DNA of 57,690 nt, the filler included, from Sphacelaria rigidula (Eukaryota), in the NCBI GenBank assembly GCA_964200075.2. It is 9 parts of 9 records of this genome, joined end to end, with 100 filler letters (N's around TTAATTAATTAA, not from the genome) between each part and the next. Parts side by side here need not be neighbours in the genome. Positions count along the whole stretch, not along the records: positions 1 to 6,322 come from CAXNAA020020793.1; positions 6,423 to 12,744 come from CAXNAA020020794.1; 7 more parts are not named here. One strand, 5' to 3'. The notes below the pieces were generated by a model, which was not told where the DNA came from, searched no databases, and worked only from the letters and a program-made list of their open reading frames with translations. The translations under genes and the position numbers were made by a program. The stretch's first letter is position 1. Each line of letters starts with the position of its first letter. Of this stretch, positions 1-11,420 are shown in pieces.

Positions 1-91
1 AGAAAAAATCCCAGATCGCTCCGAGAATCGAACCCACGACCCCACCGTCAGAAGGCTTTGTGGTTACCAACTGAGCCACCGGGGCGACCGG
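1..91 (-). mobile_element. tRNA-derived SINE family A, 5' head (truncated by window edge)
   Basis: Reverse complement reads CCGGTCGCCCCGGTGGCTCAGTTGG...GGGTTCGATTCT (Pol III A and B boxes). It matches the head of the full copy at 23398. Confidence 0.8.
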
Positions 92-618
92 TCTGTAGTC
101 ACCCCGATGCTCGATAAATCGACATTTGTGCCTGCCAAAAAAAGTGGGTCTGACGGCAAACTTCAAATAAACGGGATAACTGGCGCCCTCGTCACCAGTT
201 CCAGTTTAACTACAGTTCCTGTTCAAACAACAGTATTGATTGGTCCGGTTAACAGCCCTACAAGTTCTACTTTCAAAAGCTGTATTTGCCATTATTCAAA
301 CCTACATCCCACCATCAGCCACTAGACTGCTGGGGTGCGGCGGGGTTGTTTGTTGTACAGTAAGGGAGCGAGAGAGAGTCGCAGATAGGCGAGTGAGAGC
401 GACGCCCTTACACACACCCTTACACAAGTCGGACAGATCAGCTCCCTGTAGCCCGAGCTAGCTCATTCTTAGCGTAGCTCCCTCGTGAGCTATGAGAGTT
501 ACGCGCATGTTCTTTTTGGGTGAGCTATCAGAGCAACACGAGCTACATGAGCTACGCATGTTTGCCCTGGTTGAGCTAAAGAGCTACAGGAGCTACGCCG
601 ATTTTGGAGTTACAACAC

Positions 619-890
619 CGTTTTCGTGAGATTGAGAGTAGAGCGCTGATTGAGAGTAGCTTTGATCATTCGCTTCAACGTAGCCAATTTTTCATACCGT
701 TTTGCACTGGCGTGTGCTTACAGCTTCACGTTGATATCTTACTTGAGGATATTAAGGGTCTCAGTGGCATGCTACTCGAGGAAGCATATCGGGCCTCGTG
801 GAGAGGCATTTCGGAATTGAAACGATTCATTGACTAATTGACCGCTTTTCATTCTCAGTTGTATCCTCTACTCTCAGTCTTACGAAAACA
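619..890. mobile_element. MITE, ~280 bp, TIR CGTTTTCGTGAGATTGAGAGTA
   Basis: TIRs at both ends. A homologous copy lies in the opposite orientation at 13105-13398. Confidence 0.8.
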
Positions 891-1204
891 TTGTTTTGCG
901 GCGATTTTGGAGTTATTTCTGTTCCGATGCTCATGCAGGTTGATACGTGAAAACGTTTACGTGTCTACACACCCGTGTTCCGTTTTGTGCAGCGATGGAC
1001 TCGCTTTTTGTAAACATCAACATGGCCGCATCAGAAACCATCCGCACCGTAGCCACCACGCCCACACACAGCCAGCAATACATGGCGACCGCGGGGGCAG
1101 CAGCTGTAGCGGCGTTTCAGTCGGAAATTATGTCGTGGATCTGGATCCTCCGCAACAGGCGATCGATGTGGAGGACGAAGTGAACACACATGCAAAACTT
1201 GATT

Positions 1205-1735
1205 GTACCCTTTGATCGCGAGGGTAGGCGATCTGTTGAATCGGCATCATCCACACCCGAAAAAGAATGCGAATTATGCTGATTTAACCCTCAGACCACG
1301 ATGCGGGTAGTCCATCTGGATCACGCATACTTTTTCGAGTGAAACTGATGCCGAATCAGCAGATGGCCTACCGTCGGGGTCAAATGGTTAACCCCTGGAC
1401 GGCGATGCGGGTAGTCTACCTGGATCACAAAACTTTTTTCAAGTGAAATTGATGCCGATTCAACAGGTGATCTACCGTCGCGGTCTAAGGGTTGACCCTT
1501 AGACCGCGAAGTTAGTCTTCTGTTGAATCGGCATCAATTTCAAGTGAAAAAAAGTATGCATGATCCAGAAAGACTAATCTCGCGGTCTAGGGGTTAACGG
1601 ATCGCCAACCCTCGCGGTAAAATAGTCAACCCTTTACCGGTGAGCATAGTTCATCCGTTGAATCGACCTCAGTATCACTCGAAAAAAACGTGCATGACCA
1701 GAGGGACTCGTGACCCTCGCGGCCAAGCGGTCAAA
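1205..1735. mobile_element. Array of about five piggyBac-like ~105-bp MITEs
   Basis: Units read TTAA-CCCTTAGACCGCG...CGCGGTCTAAGGG-TTAA in mixed orientation and share TTAA/TTGA junctions at about 1284, 1388, 1492 and 1594. Confidence 0.8.
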
Positions 1736-2809
1736 ATAAATGAATTGGTGGATTAGTGGAGACACCGAAGATGAATAATGTTTTCAACAATTCGATCATG
1801 CGAACGAGGATTTGCGCTGACTTCTTTTCTTCCCACGGCGAAGAGCGAGGCAGAACACCACAACCTAATGACACGTTACGCCATCCGTTTGAACAAGAAT
1901 GTAACATCATGAGCGACACTGGGTTTGTCAGCAGCGAGCTAGGCACATGAGGTCGGTGAGCTATGACCATGAGTTCCCAGGGTGAGCTACGTAGCTCATC
2001 CGCTCATGTTTCCCCCAGGTGAGCTACAAGAGCTGTGGGAGCTACACGTTTTTTTCTGGGTGAGCTACAAGAGCTAGGCGAGCCCCGCACGTTTGCCTTG
2101 GGTGAGCTACCGGACGTACCTCATCCGCGCGTGTTTTTCCTGGGTGAGCTATCAACCCGTAGCTTATCAGGTCATATTCGCCCCGGGTGAGCTATGAGAT
2201 CTACATGAGCCACACACGTTTGTCTTGGGTGAGCTACCAACCCGTAGTTCATCAGCTCATTATCTCCCAGGGAGAGCTATGAGAGTTGTATCAGCTACTG
2301 GATGCGCTATCGGACGTAGCTCGCATGTACATGTTTGCCTACAAGTGAGCTATAGCTCGCACAGGAGCAAGCCCATGAGTTGTCCGACGTGTCAAGTACT
2401 ACAAGGCCCCCCAAAGCGCTTCGATTTGAGTTGCAATAGTCGAGTGTGAGAAGTCAAGACTCTCGAGAGTGCACCCGGACACACAAGCGAACTACAACGC
2501 CGGCAGCACCGATGAAGCCAAAACTTGTCGGGAGCGTGCAAAGTGATCTTAGACGGGCTGTTGGATGGTTGGTGGTTGTTTCGCGCCGCAGGGCTTCGGC
2601 CCAATTTGGCTAAAAAGCAGTAAAGCTGAGGATTTGTACGTGAAGAATGGTTGGCACTCGATTTTTCTTGATTTTAGACTGAACAAAGTTCTGAGAAAAT
2701 TCATGGTCTGACGCAAGTGAGCAGTGAACCCAGCTCGTCCAGAACGTGTTTTGGTCCAAAATCGGCTGAAAGGCGTCGATTTGAGCTCTGGCAACGCACA
2801 CCTTGCCTA

Positions 2810-3098
2810 GGGAACACTCTGCACCCCCCTTGCCCGAGGGTTCTCGGTATGCCTTGGTCGGGGTTAGGGTTAGGGTAAGCGTTAGAATTGGCGACATCTC
2901 CGTAGTACCAACCATTGTTTACGTACAAATCCTCAGGTCGACTCCTAAAAAGAGGAGGTTAGTTTACTACTTGGGAGGGGTGAGAAATTTCTCGGAAATG
3001 TATGATTTCGAACAAACTGTAACACCAGCACTAGCCCTAACTATAACCCCAACGATGGCACACCGAGAACCCTCCGGCAAGGGGGTACGAAATGTTTC
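2810..3098. mobile_element. MITE with TTAGGG-like hexamers inside long TIRs
   Basis: CCCCTTGCCCGAGGGTTCTCGGTATGCC...GGTTAGGGTTAGGG is inverted against CCCTAACTATAACCCC...GGCACACCGAGAACCCTCCGGCAAGGGGG. A related end lies at about 6748-6812. Confidence 0.7.
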
Positions 3099-3199
3099 TT
3101 AACCCTCAGACCGCGAGGCTAGTCTTCTGTTGAATCGGCATCAATGTCAAGTGAAAAAAGTATGCATGATCCAGAAAGACTTATCTCGCGGTCTAAGGG
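3099..3199. mobile_element. piggyBac-like MITE copy
   Basis: TTAA-CCCTCAGACCGCG...CGCGGTCTAAGGG. Further copies at about 6087-6235, 6990-7095 and 53790-53900. Confidence 0.8.
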
Positions 3200-6100
3200 C
3201 AAACGTGTACGCTGCCAGACCTTAAATCGGCGCCCGACTAAAACGCGTTCTGCACACGCTGGGAGACTAAAATCAGGTCGAACTAACTCGGAGCTGCTCA
3301 CCCGTCCCGAGTGCTGAACTATACTGAAAAAGAGTGCCAGGTTTACTCGGGAGTTTCGGCTTAATTCGGCTAAAAAAGTGCGGGGTCCGGAGCTTTAGCG
3401 GACCGATCAACATACAGTACAGGAAATGGAAAGGAATTCCGGTAGAGAACCCTTCTGAGTCGAAACGGGCATTTCCGTGCTGCACCGTGTGTACCCAGGC
3501 AGCTAGAAGCTCTTGCTCAACAAGAAACGACCTCGTGGCGCTTCACCACTGCCAGCTTTCTTCTGTGCGGTAGGTCATCCTAGCTTTGAGCGGGTATGCT
3601 ATCACTCGGGGCAAAAAATCGCGACTCCCCCGTCTTTGTTTCACGTAATGTTCCAGGCTCCTCTCTTGTGAAAACTGTTATACTTTGAAACAGTTGTACG
3701 AGTAGCACCGCATCATACCGCACCGTACCATCGCATACGGCGCGTGCAATTTGCGAGAAACACGTTTTGAGACCCGAGCACGCATCATCCTTGAGGTAGT
3801 ATCTACGGGATGGAGGCGATATCCCGGTGCTGTACTGTACTGGAAACGGTACTGGCACGATACCAAAAATCCGAGAGACTGATCAGTCGGGGGAAGTATT
3901 GAGGGGGTGTTATACCACGTACTGGAGATATGCACCGTGTTCCGCGGTAGGTGAGCAGGAGTAGATGCAACACGCCTGCATTTTTGATGGTACATTATAC
4001 AGCACACGAGTGCACCATGGGGGTCTTCGTTGCGGGTGCTCACTCTGGTGCTGCACTGCACTGAGCCGCTGCCCGTGTGCGTTGCGTTGGTATACCGGCG
4101 TACGAAGGATACTGTACTCAACCTTTGCTACAGCCCTTGGACCCTTGTGTGCCAACTAAATCGCGAATTGCCCGACTTCGTCGAAATGTGGAGGACGGGC
4201 GGCCTCGACACGGTCTTGCATAACACCTGCGATGAGCCCCGCCTTCCTCTGCACTGTAGTATTGTATAGAAAGTTCAGTGAACGTGGACGTGCTGGTAGA
4301 AATGGCCAGGCAGAGCAGCTACGAAGGCGCCGGGAGAACACAACAAACTTCTCGTGCCCCCTTGAGTAAGGAATGCTCATCATCATGACCTTCCGCACCA
4401 AGCGACTCCGTCTAGCAACACCGCTTCCGATGAACCGGAATTCACGAACATCAGTGCACTCGGTGCTGCAATCCGCTAGCTAGCCATGCTACTAAACTTG
4501 ACACCACAGCTTTACTGGACATCACCTTCATCAATGGAGCCTCGCAGCGGCTGCAACACCGAAGACACCTGAGCCATTTCCCCCCTTGCGGAGTAATGGT
4601 CCCTGAGGACAGATGGGTCCGTTGCCAGGCAAACCACGAGCCGTCGGGTGACGTGTACCAGTAGTACAATAATACAGCAGCGCGGGGGGGGCGCTTTGTC
4701 CTGTCTTCTGTTTGCTGTGATTCCGCCAAGAATCATACACGCATGGTGCTGTATACCGCAGTTGTCATTTTATACTTGACGTGCTCTCTGCAATTGCGCT
4801 GCGCCGGAAAGAACCTCTCTCTTGTTGTCGGTAATGGGTACGCGGATCAGAGACTCGAAAAGTCAAAAGTGGGCACAAATGTTTTGTGTTTTTCGAGACG
4901 GAAAAAATTCCGAACAAGGAGGACTTCCGAGAACCAGATGCCAATCTTACCTTTGTGCCGACACGGCAAGATGTGTATCCGCGACTCTCAGAGTCTAGAG
5001 AGCAATCGTCCCGCCGAGGCAAGGGTACCGCAGTAGAGCACAGTAAAACAGCACGTCAATATTACAGCAGTACAGCACAGATGAACATACTGCAGCGCTG
5101 AAATCAACGGACTGAGCTGCTCTGAATACCACCAAACCGTACCCGCCCTTGAATCCGTAGTACCTGCCCACTTATAATCAGTTTTCATGTTTTACACAAG
5201 AGGAAATTGCTGCACTGTTGAAGTGCAAGGTAAAGCACAGTAGTCTGCTGTGCTCTCGTGCGTCTGCACTACGGGTGGGTACTGCCTGTCAGTTCCGGTG
5301 TGTACTAATCACCTGTACCGCCTGTACGCGATACGGGAGATGAACGCGTCTGCAATTGCCATCTTCCCGGGTCCCTCCCTCTCCCTCTGCTGCTTCGTGG
5401 CTTTCAATCGGAAGGACTGGACAATCAGCCAGCTGCCTCATCTAGGTATATTAGGGCAATAATCCCTATTTCCCCGCTCCTTGGCTGGGTCGTGGTGTGT
5501 CCTGTGGAAGCCTCTTTTCTTGCTCAACGGTCTCTCAAGTTCCTACGCCGGGTACAGTAATCCGGAATGGATTTCTACAGTTAGGTGTTATGGGTGAACG
5601 TAAATTTACTGAGATCAGCTGAGCACCTGAGATTAAGCCGTTTCCTACGATGCGTATTTTTTCGGGCTCGTGTTTTCCACTTTTTTATGACGAGCGTGCG
5701 ATTCTGGTGGTGTAGTCTTGTTAAGTTGGGCCGTGTGCCATCGGTGCATAAGCGGTTCACAGCAGACACATGTTTTACACGACTTCAAAACCTACGCCAA
5801 TATTATAAACCTCGGTTGATGAGAATGGCCAACCGCTGCTCCAAAGCACGACAAGCACGACGACGTTGTCCTTCAAGTAGGAATGGCTCAAGCGGTCTCG
5901 TTCCTACGTACATGTTGATACCACGGGCACTTCACCAATGCGGTATGATCGAGCTATGCCCAGACACGAGAGCAGCCATAGAAATAAACACACCGCGCGG
6001 TGCGGAAATGATGGTAGAAATGGTGCTGCTGCAACCAACTGTGATGCGTTTCATATTTTGTCATAACTGGACAACCGCGATGCTGTTGAACCCTTAGACC

Positions 6101-6322
6101 GCGAGGGTAGGTCACCTGCTGAATCGGCATCAATATTCACTTGAAAAAAGAATGCATGATCCAGATGGACTACCCGAACCGCGCGCGCAAGGTGCGAGTA
6201 GTCCATCTGGATCACGCACACTTTTTTTTTTTTTTTTTAAGTGAATATATTATTTAATCAATTAATTATTTTTCGGGGATGGATGGATGGATGGTTGGTT
6301 GGTTGGTTTTGTATTTTATTTT

Positions 6323-6422
6323 NNNNNNNNNNNNNNNNNNNNNNNNNNNNNNNNNNNNNNNNNNNNTTAATTAATTAANNNNNNNNNNNNNNNNNNNNNN
6401 NNNNNNNNNNNNNNNNNNNNNN
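6323..6422. other. Artificial contig spacer N44-TTAATTAATTAA-N44 (first of eight)
   Basis: Identical 100-bp spacers at 6323-6422, 12745-12844, 19166-19265, 25587-25686, 32008-32107, 38429-38528, 44850-44949 and 51271-51370. The central 12-mer gives stops in all six frames. Confidence 0.98.
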
Positions 6423-7435
6423 ATGGCGCCCACACATTCGGCTCTTTTTACGCTCATTTGCCGTTCATGGACGCCACAACGACCACACCCCTTCCTCCCC
6501 GGAAATGGATCCCGAGTCTCTCCGCTATTACTGTTCTGTCTCTATCTCTATACACGTGACGACCAGTACTGTATCTGTTGCTTGAACCAACCATCGATGA
6601 TGCGACAAGCGCCCGTTGGTGGCAGAAGAGCCTAGCTTGACCCTGACACCAGCCCCGAGATGGCAACAGAACAGCAGTGTTCCACAACCCACCGGATCAC
6701 AAAAGACCGACGTGCTGTAAGTTGTGAGTCCAGCTATTGTGTCGATGCCTAACCCTAACCCCAACCCAACGCATACCGAGAATCCTCGGGCAAGGGCGGT
6801 ACATAGCATTCCCTTGGCAAAGTGCGGCCTTGGTAGACCCCAAATCGGCGCCTATGGCGCCGATTCCAACGAAAACGCTTTTTGCGCATGCGAGGAGCAC
6901 ACGGGACTGTCAGCCCTACTAGAGATCCGGTCCTCGTTGTACACACTCAAATCAAGTGATGTCAACCATGAACATTTATAGCTCAACGGTTAAGCCTTTA
7001 ACCGCCACCAGAGGTCACCTGTTAAATCGGCATCAAATTCACTTAAAAAAAGTAGGCATGGTCCAGATGAACTACCCTCGCGGTCTACGGGTTGAGACAC
7101 CCATCACGTCTATAGACACAATAGCTGGACTCACAACTTACAGCACGTCGGTCTTTTGTGATCCGGTGGGTTGTGGAACACTGTTATTCTGTTGCCATCT
7201 CGGGGCTGGTGTCAGGGTCAAGCTAGGCTCTTCTGCCACCAACGGGCGCTTGTCGCATCATCGATGGTTGGTTCAAGCAACAGATACAGTACTGGTTGTC
7301 ACGTGTATAGAGATAGAGACAGAACAGTAATAGCGGAGAGACTCGGGATCCATTTCCGGGGAGGAAGGGGCGTGGTCGTTGCGGCGTCCATGAACGGCAA
7401 ATGAGCGTAAAAAGAGCCGAATGTGTGGGCGCCAT
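6423..7435. repeat. Near-perfect 321-bp inverted repeat (arms 6423-6743 and 7115-7435)
   Basis: The arms are reverse complements with only a few mismatches, and the ORF track shows mirrored peptides. The left arm is cut by the contig edge. Confidence 0.92.
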
Positions 7436-8985
7436 GGTTGGAGTTGGCGCGTAAACTCCCTTGCGCGCGATGTGCCGCATCAGGTACAGTGTAGAGAGCG
7501 ATGGCCTAGCACAGGTACGTTCTCGGCCAATCGGTGGCCCAGATAAGGTATGATTGAAAAAGAATTCCTAGATCAGGTATACCTCGGCGAAATTTGGCCT
7601 ACAAAAGGTGAGCAGCCTGGAGGCGAGACGTCCGTTTTCGCGTGGCGATATCTGTTGAGTAACTTGTTTTTATTTATTTTTTCAAGGACCGGGTGCCAAT
7701 GGCCCCCCCGAATGATGTGCGTGAGAAATCCGGAGCGAAAACGGTCGAAAGGGCGTGTGTGGCTGTTTTTACGTTTCTGGCCATTTTTCGCACCTTTCTT
7801 GGGCAAAAACGAGAAGGTATACCTTTTCTAGGCCATTGCTCAAAACATAAACACACGAAATAAACATGTTTTGTTTTTCACCCTTTGTTTTCAGTGAAAA
7901 AGCACACATGGTAATTCGCTCGTTATGACATTAAAACAGGCGTAACAACGGAACAACTTCCATATTATCGTGACGATGCCCGGCGTTCGTCGCGGAGTAC
8001 ATGGTGGGGTCAGGGCGACAGCAGTCGAAGCGGCCATTATTTGGGGCTCAAAAGCTGGAAAACGGGGGAGCTTGGCTGCTGCAGGAGAAGGCTGAAGTGT
8101 CTGTTTTGAGTTCGACTCGCGACCGTCTGCTTCGCTTTACACACTAGATTTGCGGTTGTGAAAACGTTGGTCACGAGGTCATATGTGCCGCCTTTTGCTG
8201 AACTCTTGTCAAACTTTCAAAAATTTTACAAGGACTAGAAGTGCTGAGCCCTGGTTCCGCCAAACAAATCCGCTCCTTCGATAAGTCGTGAAAAAATAGT
8301 GCGAGTGGTTTCGGGCGGTTGTGTCATATTCGTTTGTCGAGTGAAGAGCCAGACATTGGGGTCTTGGGGGGGCAACTTTTTCTTTTTTTCGTGCTCCTTG
8401 TTGTTTTGATTGTTTTCTTGTCACATTTTTGTCGAGCGGTGTTTTTGAGCGACCGTATGTTCTTACAGTCTGCATAACACATGCTGTGACTGAAAAGCTC
8501 TGATTGTTTTGGCTCCAACACAAGCCAAATATTCTGTTAATTTCAACTCTTGGAATACCCACAGCTTTCATTTCGATATTTCTTTCGTTCACATTCCCTC
8601 CAACCTTTCGATGATGGATTTCGTAGGCATAGATGGACGCCAAATGGGCATGATCGGTTAGCAGGAGTGACGTGAAACGAAAGTTCTAGTCATTTGGCGT
8701 GGAGCAGGGTGCACGTTTGTTTGTTCGTACGATCATCCTGCTGTCTGTGCGGGTATATTTGCATGATGATCAAGTGTACTGCGGGCGTCATCACCGGTTC
8801 ACTGTTCTGCTGCATCGCGCCATAATACATTGCCGATCGTGACCTACACGGGGACAACTATGCCGCGCGACGTGTGCTGAACAACGGGGTTTTTGATGTA
8901 GGCATTGTTTTTCCCGCCCAAATAAAGTATTCTGCCCCCCCCCAAAAAAAAACAAAAAAACAAACAAAAAAGCTCTTGCCCAATT

Positions 8986-9088
8986 GCTAGAGGTATCTTT
9001 ATTAGGAGTAGGAACGGTGCTTCGTCTCGAAATGGATGCGTTGTCAAAAGTCGAATGACAAAGGCAAGCAAACAATGAGCATACCCCC
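8986..9088 (+). mobile_element. LINE 3' terminal fragment (poly-C tail family)
   Basis: Degenerate copy of the GVSxRSRNGAPSRKGCVVNG..ASNK* terminus seen at 10990-11200. Confidence 0.65.
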
Positions 9089-9617
9089 TCGCAGAAAAGC
9101 TCTGAATGAAGCATCCAAGCATTGGTTCCGGTAATAAAAGCGAAAACCCTTCACCGGATATGAAGACTAAAAAAGTTACAAAGAGTCCAACTACATTTTC
9201 CAGTGTGATGAGCGTACCCCACCGTTCGCTTCTCTCGAGATGAAACGTGCGGCGAGAAAATATTTAGATTGTGAGCAGCAGGTTCCTCTATGGTACTTCG
9301 TGTACAGTGAGCAGCGGGGATGGCTGACTTGAATGTATAGATGCAGTCTTGTAAGCAAGGGGGTTCGCCGGAGCTTTCAATCTAGCGTGATGGTGGACAT
9401 CAAATAATTGCGCAAACGGGAGCACATTCAACACGCATATATCCCAAACCACACATCCACACACGGCTAGCGCCGCAGACGGTAGAAGAAAAAAAAAACG
9501 TTATCAAGCCACTTGAAGATGCTGAAGCTTGAACCACCACATGAGCAGAGTATTCGATGTTTTCGATGCGAAAATGTAGCAGAGTTCTGCGCAAGAAATA
9601 TGAGAGCCCATACACAC

Positions 9618-10592
9618 CTTGACCGCCTGCCCGGCCCACTCACTGACGACCATAATCCGTCCGTTAGGCTGCAGGAGGTGCGACACTACTTGGGAAAAGC
9701 GCTCGTAGGTTCGAACAGGCATCTTCTTGTCAACAGGGGTGTGGCGGAAGGTTTCCATCGGCTCACCACTTTCCGGATTCTGATGCATGTTTTTCGGGAT
9801 TTTTAGGCGTGGGGGGCGGGGGGCAGCACAGGACGGGTCGCGATGAATGTTTTAAGAACAGCTGAAAGTACGTCATTGATGACAAAACCAGCGCCATGGG
9901 CTTTCGGAAATTCCACTATTCGGAACTGAAAACAAGCGAGACCTGGGATCTTACCAGCACCAGAGCCACACGACGACCCCCGTGAAGCGGTACAACAGCT
10001 ATCACCCCACGACAGTGCCGAACAGTAGGACAACTGAACGGGAGTGGCATCCGTCAGGACATTTGGTTGGAAGAAAACTACATCGAAGCATAGATTTTAA
10101 CGCGCATTTACGAGCCGAAGCACAAGGGCGCGAGCAGGCTGCTGCCCAAAATCATTATTCAGCGCGCCCATGGGACAGAGACATGAAGCCAGCATGCTTC
10201 GCAAAAAACCCGCGGCTCACTTTCACATGACCCCTCCACCCCGCCGCACTACCTGGTACATGAAAAACTTGCTGCTCGCAAGCACTCCGAATGCATCCCA
10301 CTTCCCAGGCTTCCTCAGCACTCTATCCACCTCCAGCTCGCTTCCTTCACGGTGATCGCGGTGATTGGAACTGGCGCCGTATCCTCCCCCGCGGCCGCGG
10401 TCGCCAACTTCAAACGTCAGGCTACGGGCGAGCTCGACACCTTCCACGAGGGCGATCGTGCGGCCCGATTCTGCGCTGGTTAGACGTCCTTTCATGTGCC
10501 AACAGGCAGCCGGCTTTACTGACCCTGTTGGTGGTGGCGATGATGCGTCCGCGGTGGTGCTGCTGTCTTTGTCCCCTGTCATAGCAGGTACT
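9618..10592 (-). CDS. Conserved hypothetical protein, partial; exons 10592-10253 and 9779-9618
   Basis: Exon 1 is bounded by TTTAG| and |GTAGTG, exon 2 by CATCAG| and |GTGTGT, and they join in frame (..KFFMYQ|NPESGEPMETFRHTP..). The peptide WHMKGRLTSAESGRTIALVEGVELARSL resembles, from memory, an uncharacterised stramenopile family. A further exon may begin near 9381. Confidence 0.7.
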
Positions 10593-10989
10593 CTAAATTG
10601 TTGCATTATAAAGTAACAAAGCGTAGGCAGCAGACGGAAGGACGATGGTGGGCGATGAGGGGACGTGTAGTGTCTGCCGCAAAACGCAAGATAAAGGCAC
10701 TGGAATCGTGGAGCACGAGGCAAACGCGGCATTTTTTTTAGCGTAGGCAAAGAGAACCGCCTCCTCCCCTTCTCCCCTTCTCTCTCGCGCGCTATTAGCC
10801 TGTCGCTCCATCAATGCGGTCATGATAATGCAAAACTGTTGTTATTTCCAAGTAGTACTTCCTGGCCATTCTTGTCTTCGAGTTACCTTAGGAGATCATC
10901 GTTAAACATAGCCGACTATTACTTGAAGGGAATGCCATGTAGACTGGCACCATGATTGTGACGTGTGTTGGTCATTTCCAGCAGGCAAA

Positions 10990-11420
10990 GGGGGGGGGGG
11001 GGGGGGGGGGGTACTCATTTGTTGCCTGCGTCAGTCGTTTGACCATTGACCACGCATCCCTTTCGAGACGGAGCACCGTTCCTACTCCTAAAAGAGACAC
11101 CTTCAACATTCCGGCGCTTGTTACGTATCTTCCACACATTGCACAAAAACCATTTACATATCTTGTGCCCATCCTGTTTCGCCGTCTGTTGCAAAAGGGG
11201 GCGGGACACTTCGAGTAAATCGCCATTTGATCACCCGGGGTAGCGGCGATACAGGAAGGTTGCACTCCGTACATTGCAACTCATGGCCCACACTCTTGCT
11301 TCCAGTGGAGGCATACTGACACTGTAATGGGGGTGAATGAAGGCCTTACCGACCAAAAATCTGTGGTCAATAAAAAAAAATACGAACGCGGAGGGATATT
11401 GAAGACGTATTGAAGACGTC
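10990..11420 (-). mobile_element. 5'-truncated LINE, ORF2 C-terminus with poly(C) tail
   Basis: Encodes ...KICKWFLCNVWKIRNKRRNVEGVSFRSRNGAPSRKGCVVNGQTTDAGNK*, followed by GTA and a ~22-nt C run. Other copies share the 3' end and have variable 5' truncation. Confidence 0.7.

Larger units (their letters stand above)
425..2391. mobile_element. Non-autonomous TIR element with GAGCTA-rich subterminal repeats (EnSpm/CACTA-like architecture), carrying nested MITEs
   Basis: Imperfect TIR CAAGTCGGACA (425) / TGTCCGACGTG (2381-2391). Dense GGGTGAGCTA-type repeats at about 440-610 and 1935-2370. No clear TSD. Confidence 0.55.

Noticed and set aside
2860..2890. True telomere (TTAGGG)
   Set aside because: Only 2-4 degenerate units, always internal to MITEs.
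4265..4320. Helicase motif VI-like RGRAGRNGQ
   Set aside because: An isolated short match with no other SF2 motifs in frame.
6367..6378. TTAATTAATTAA as a biological site repeated every ~6.42 kb
   Set aside because: It is an assembly linker embedded in Ns.
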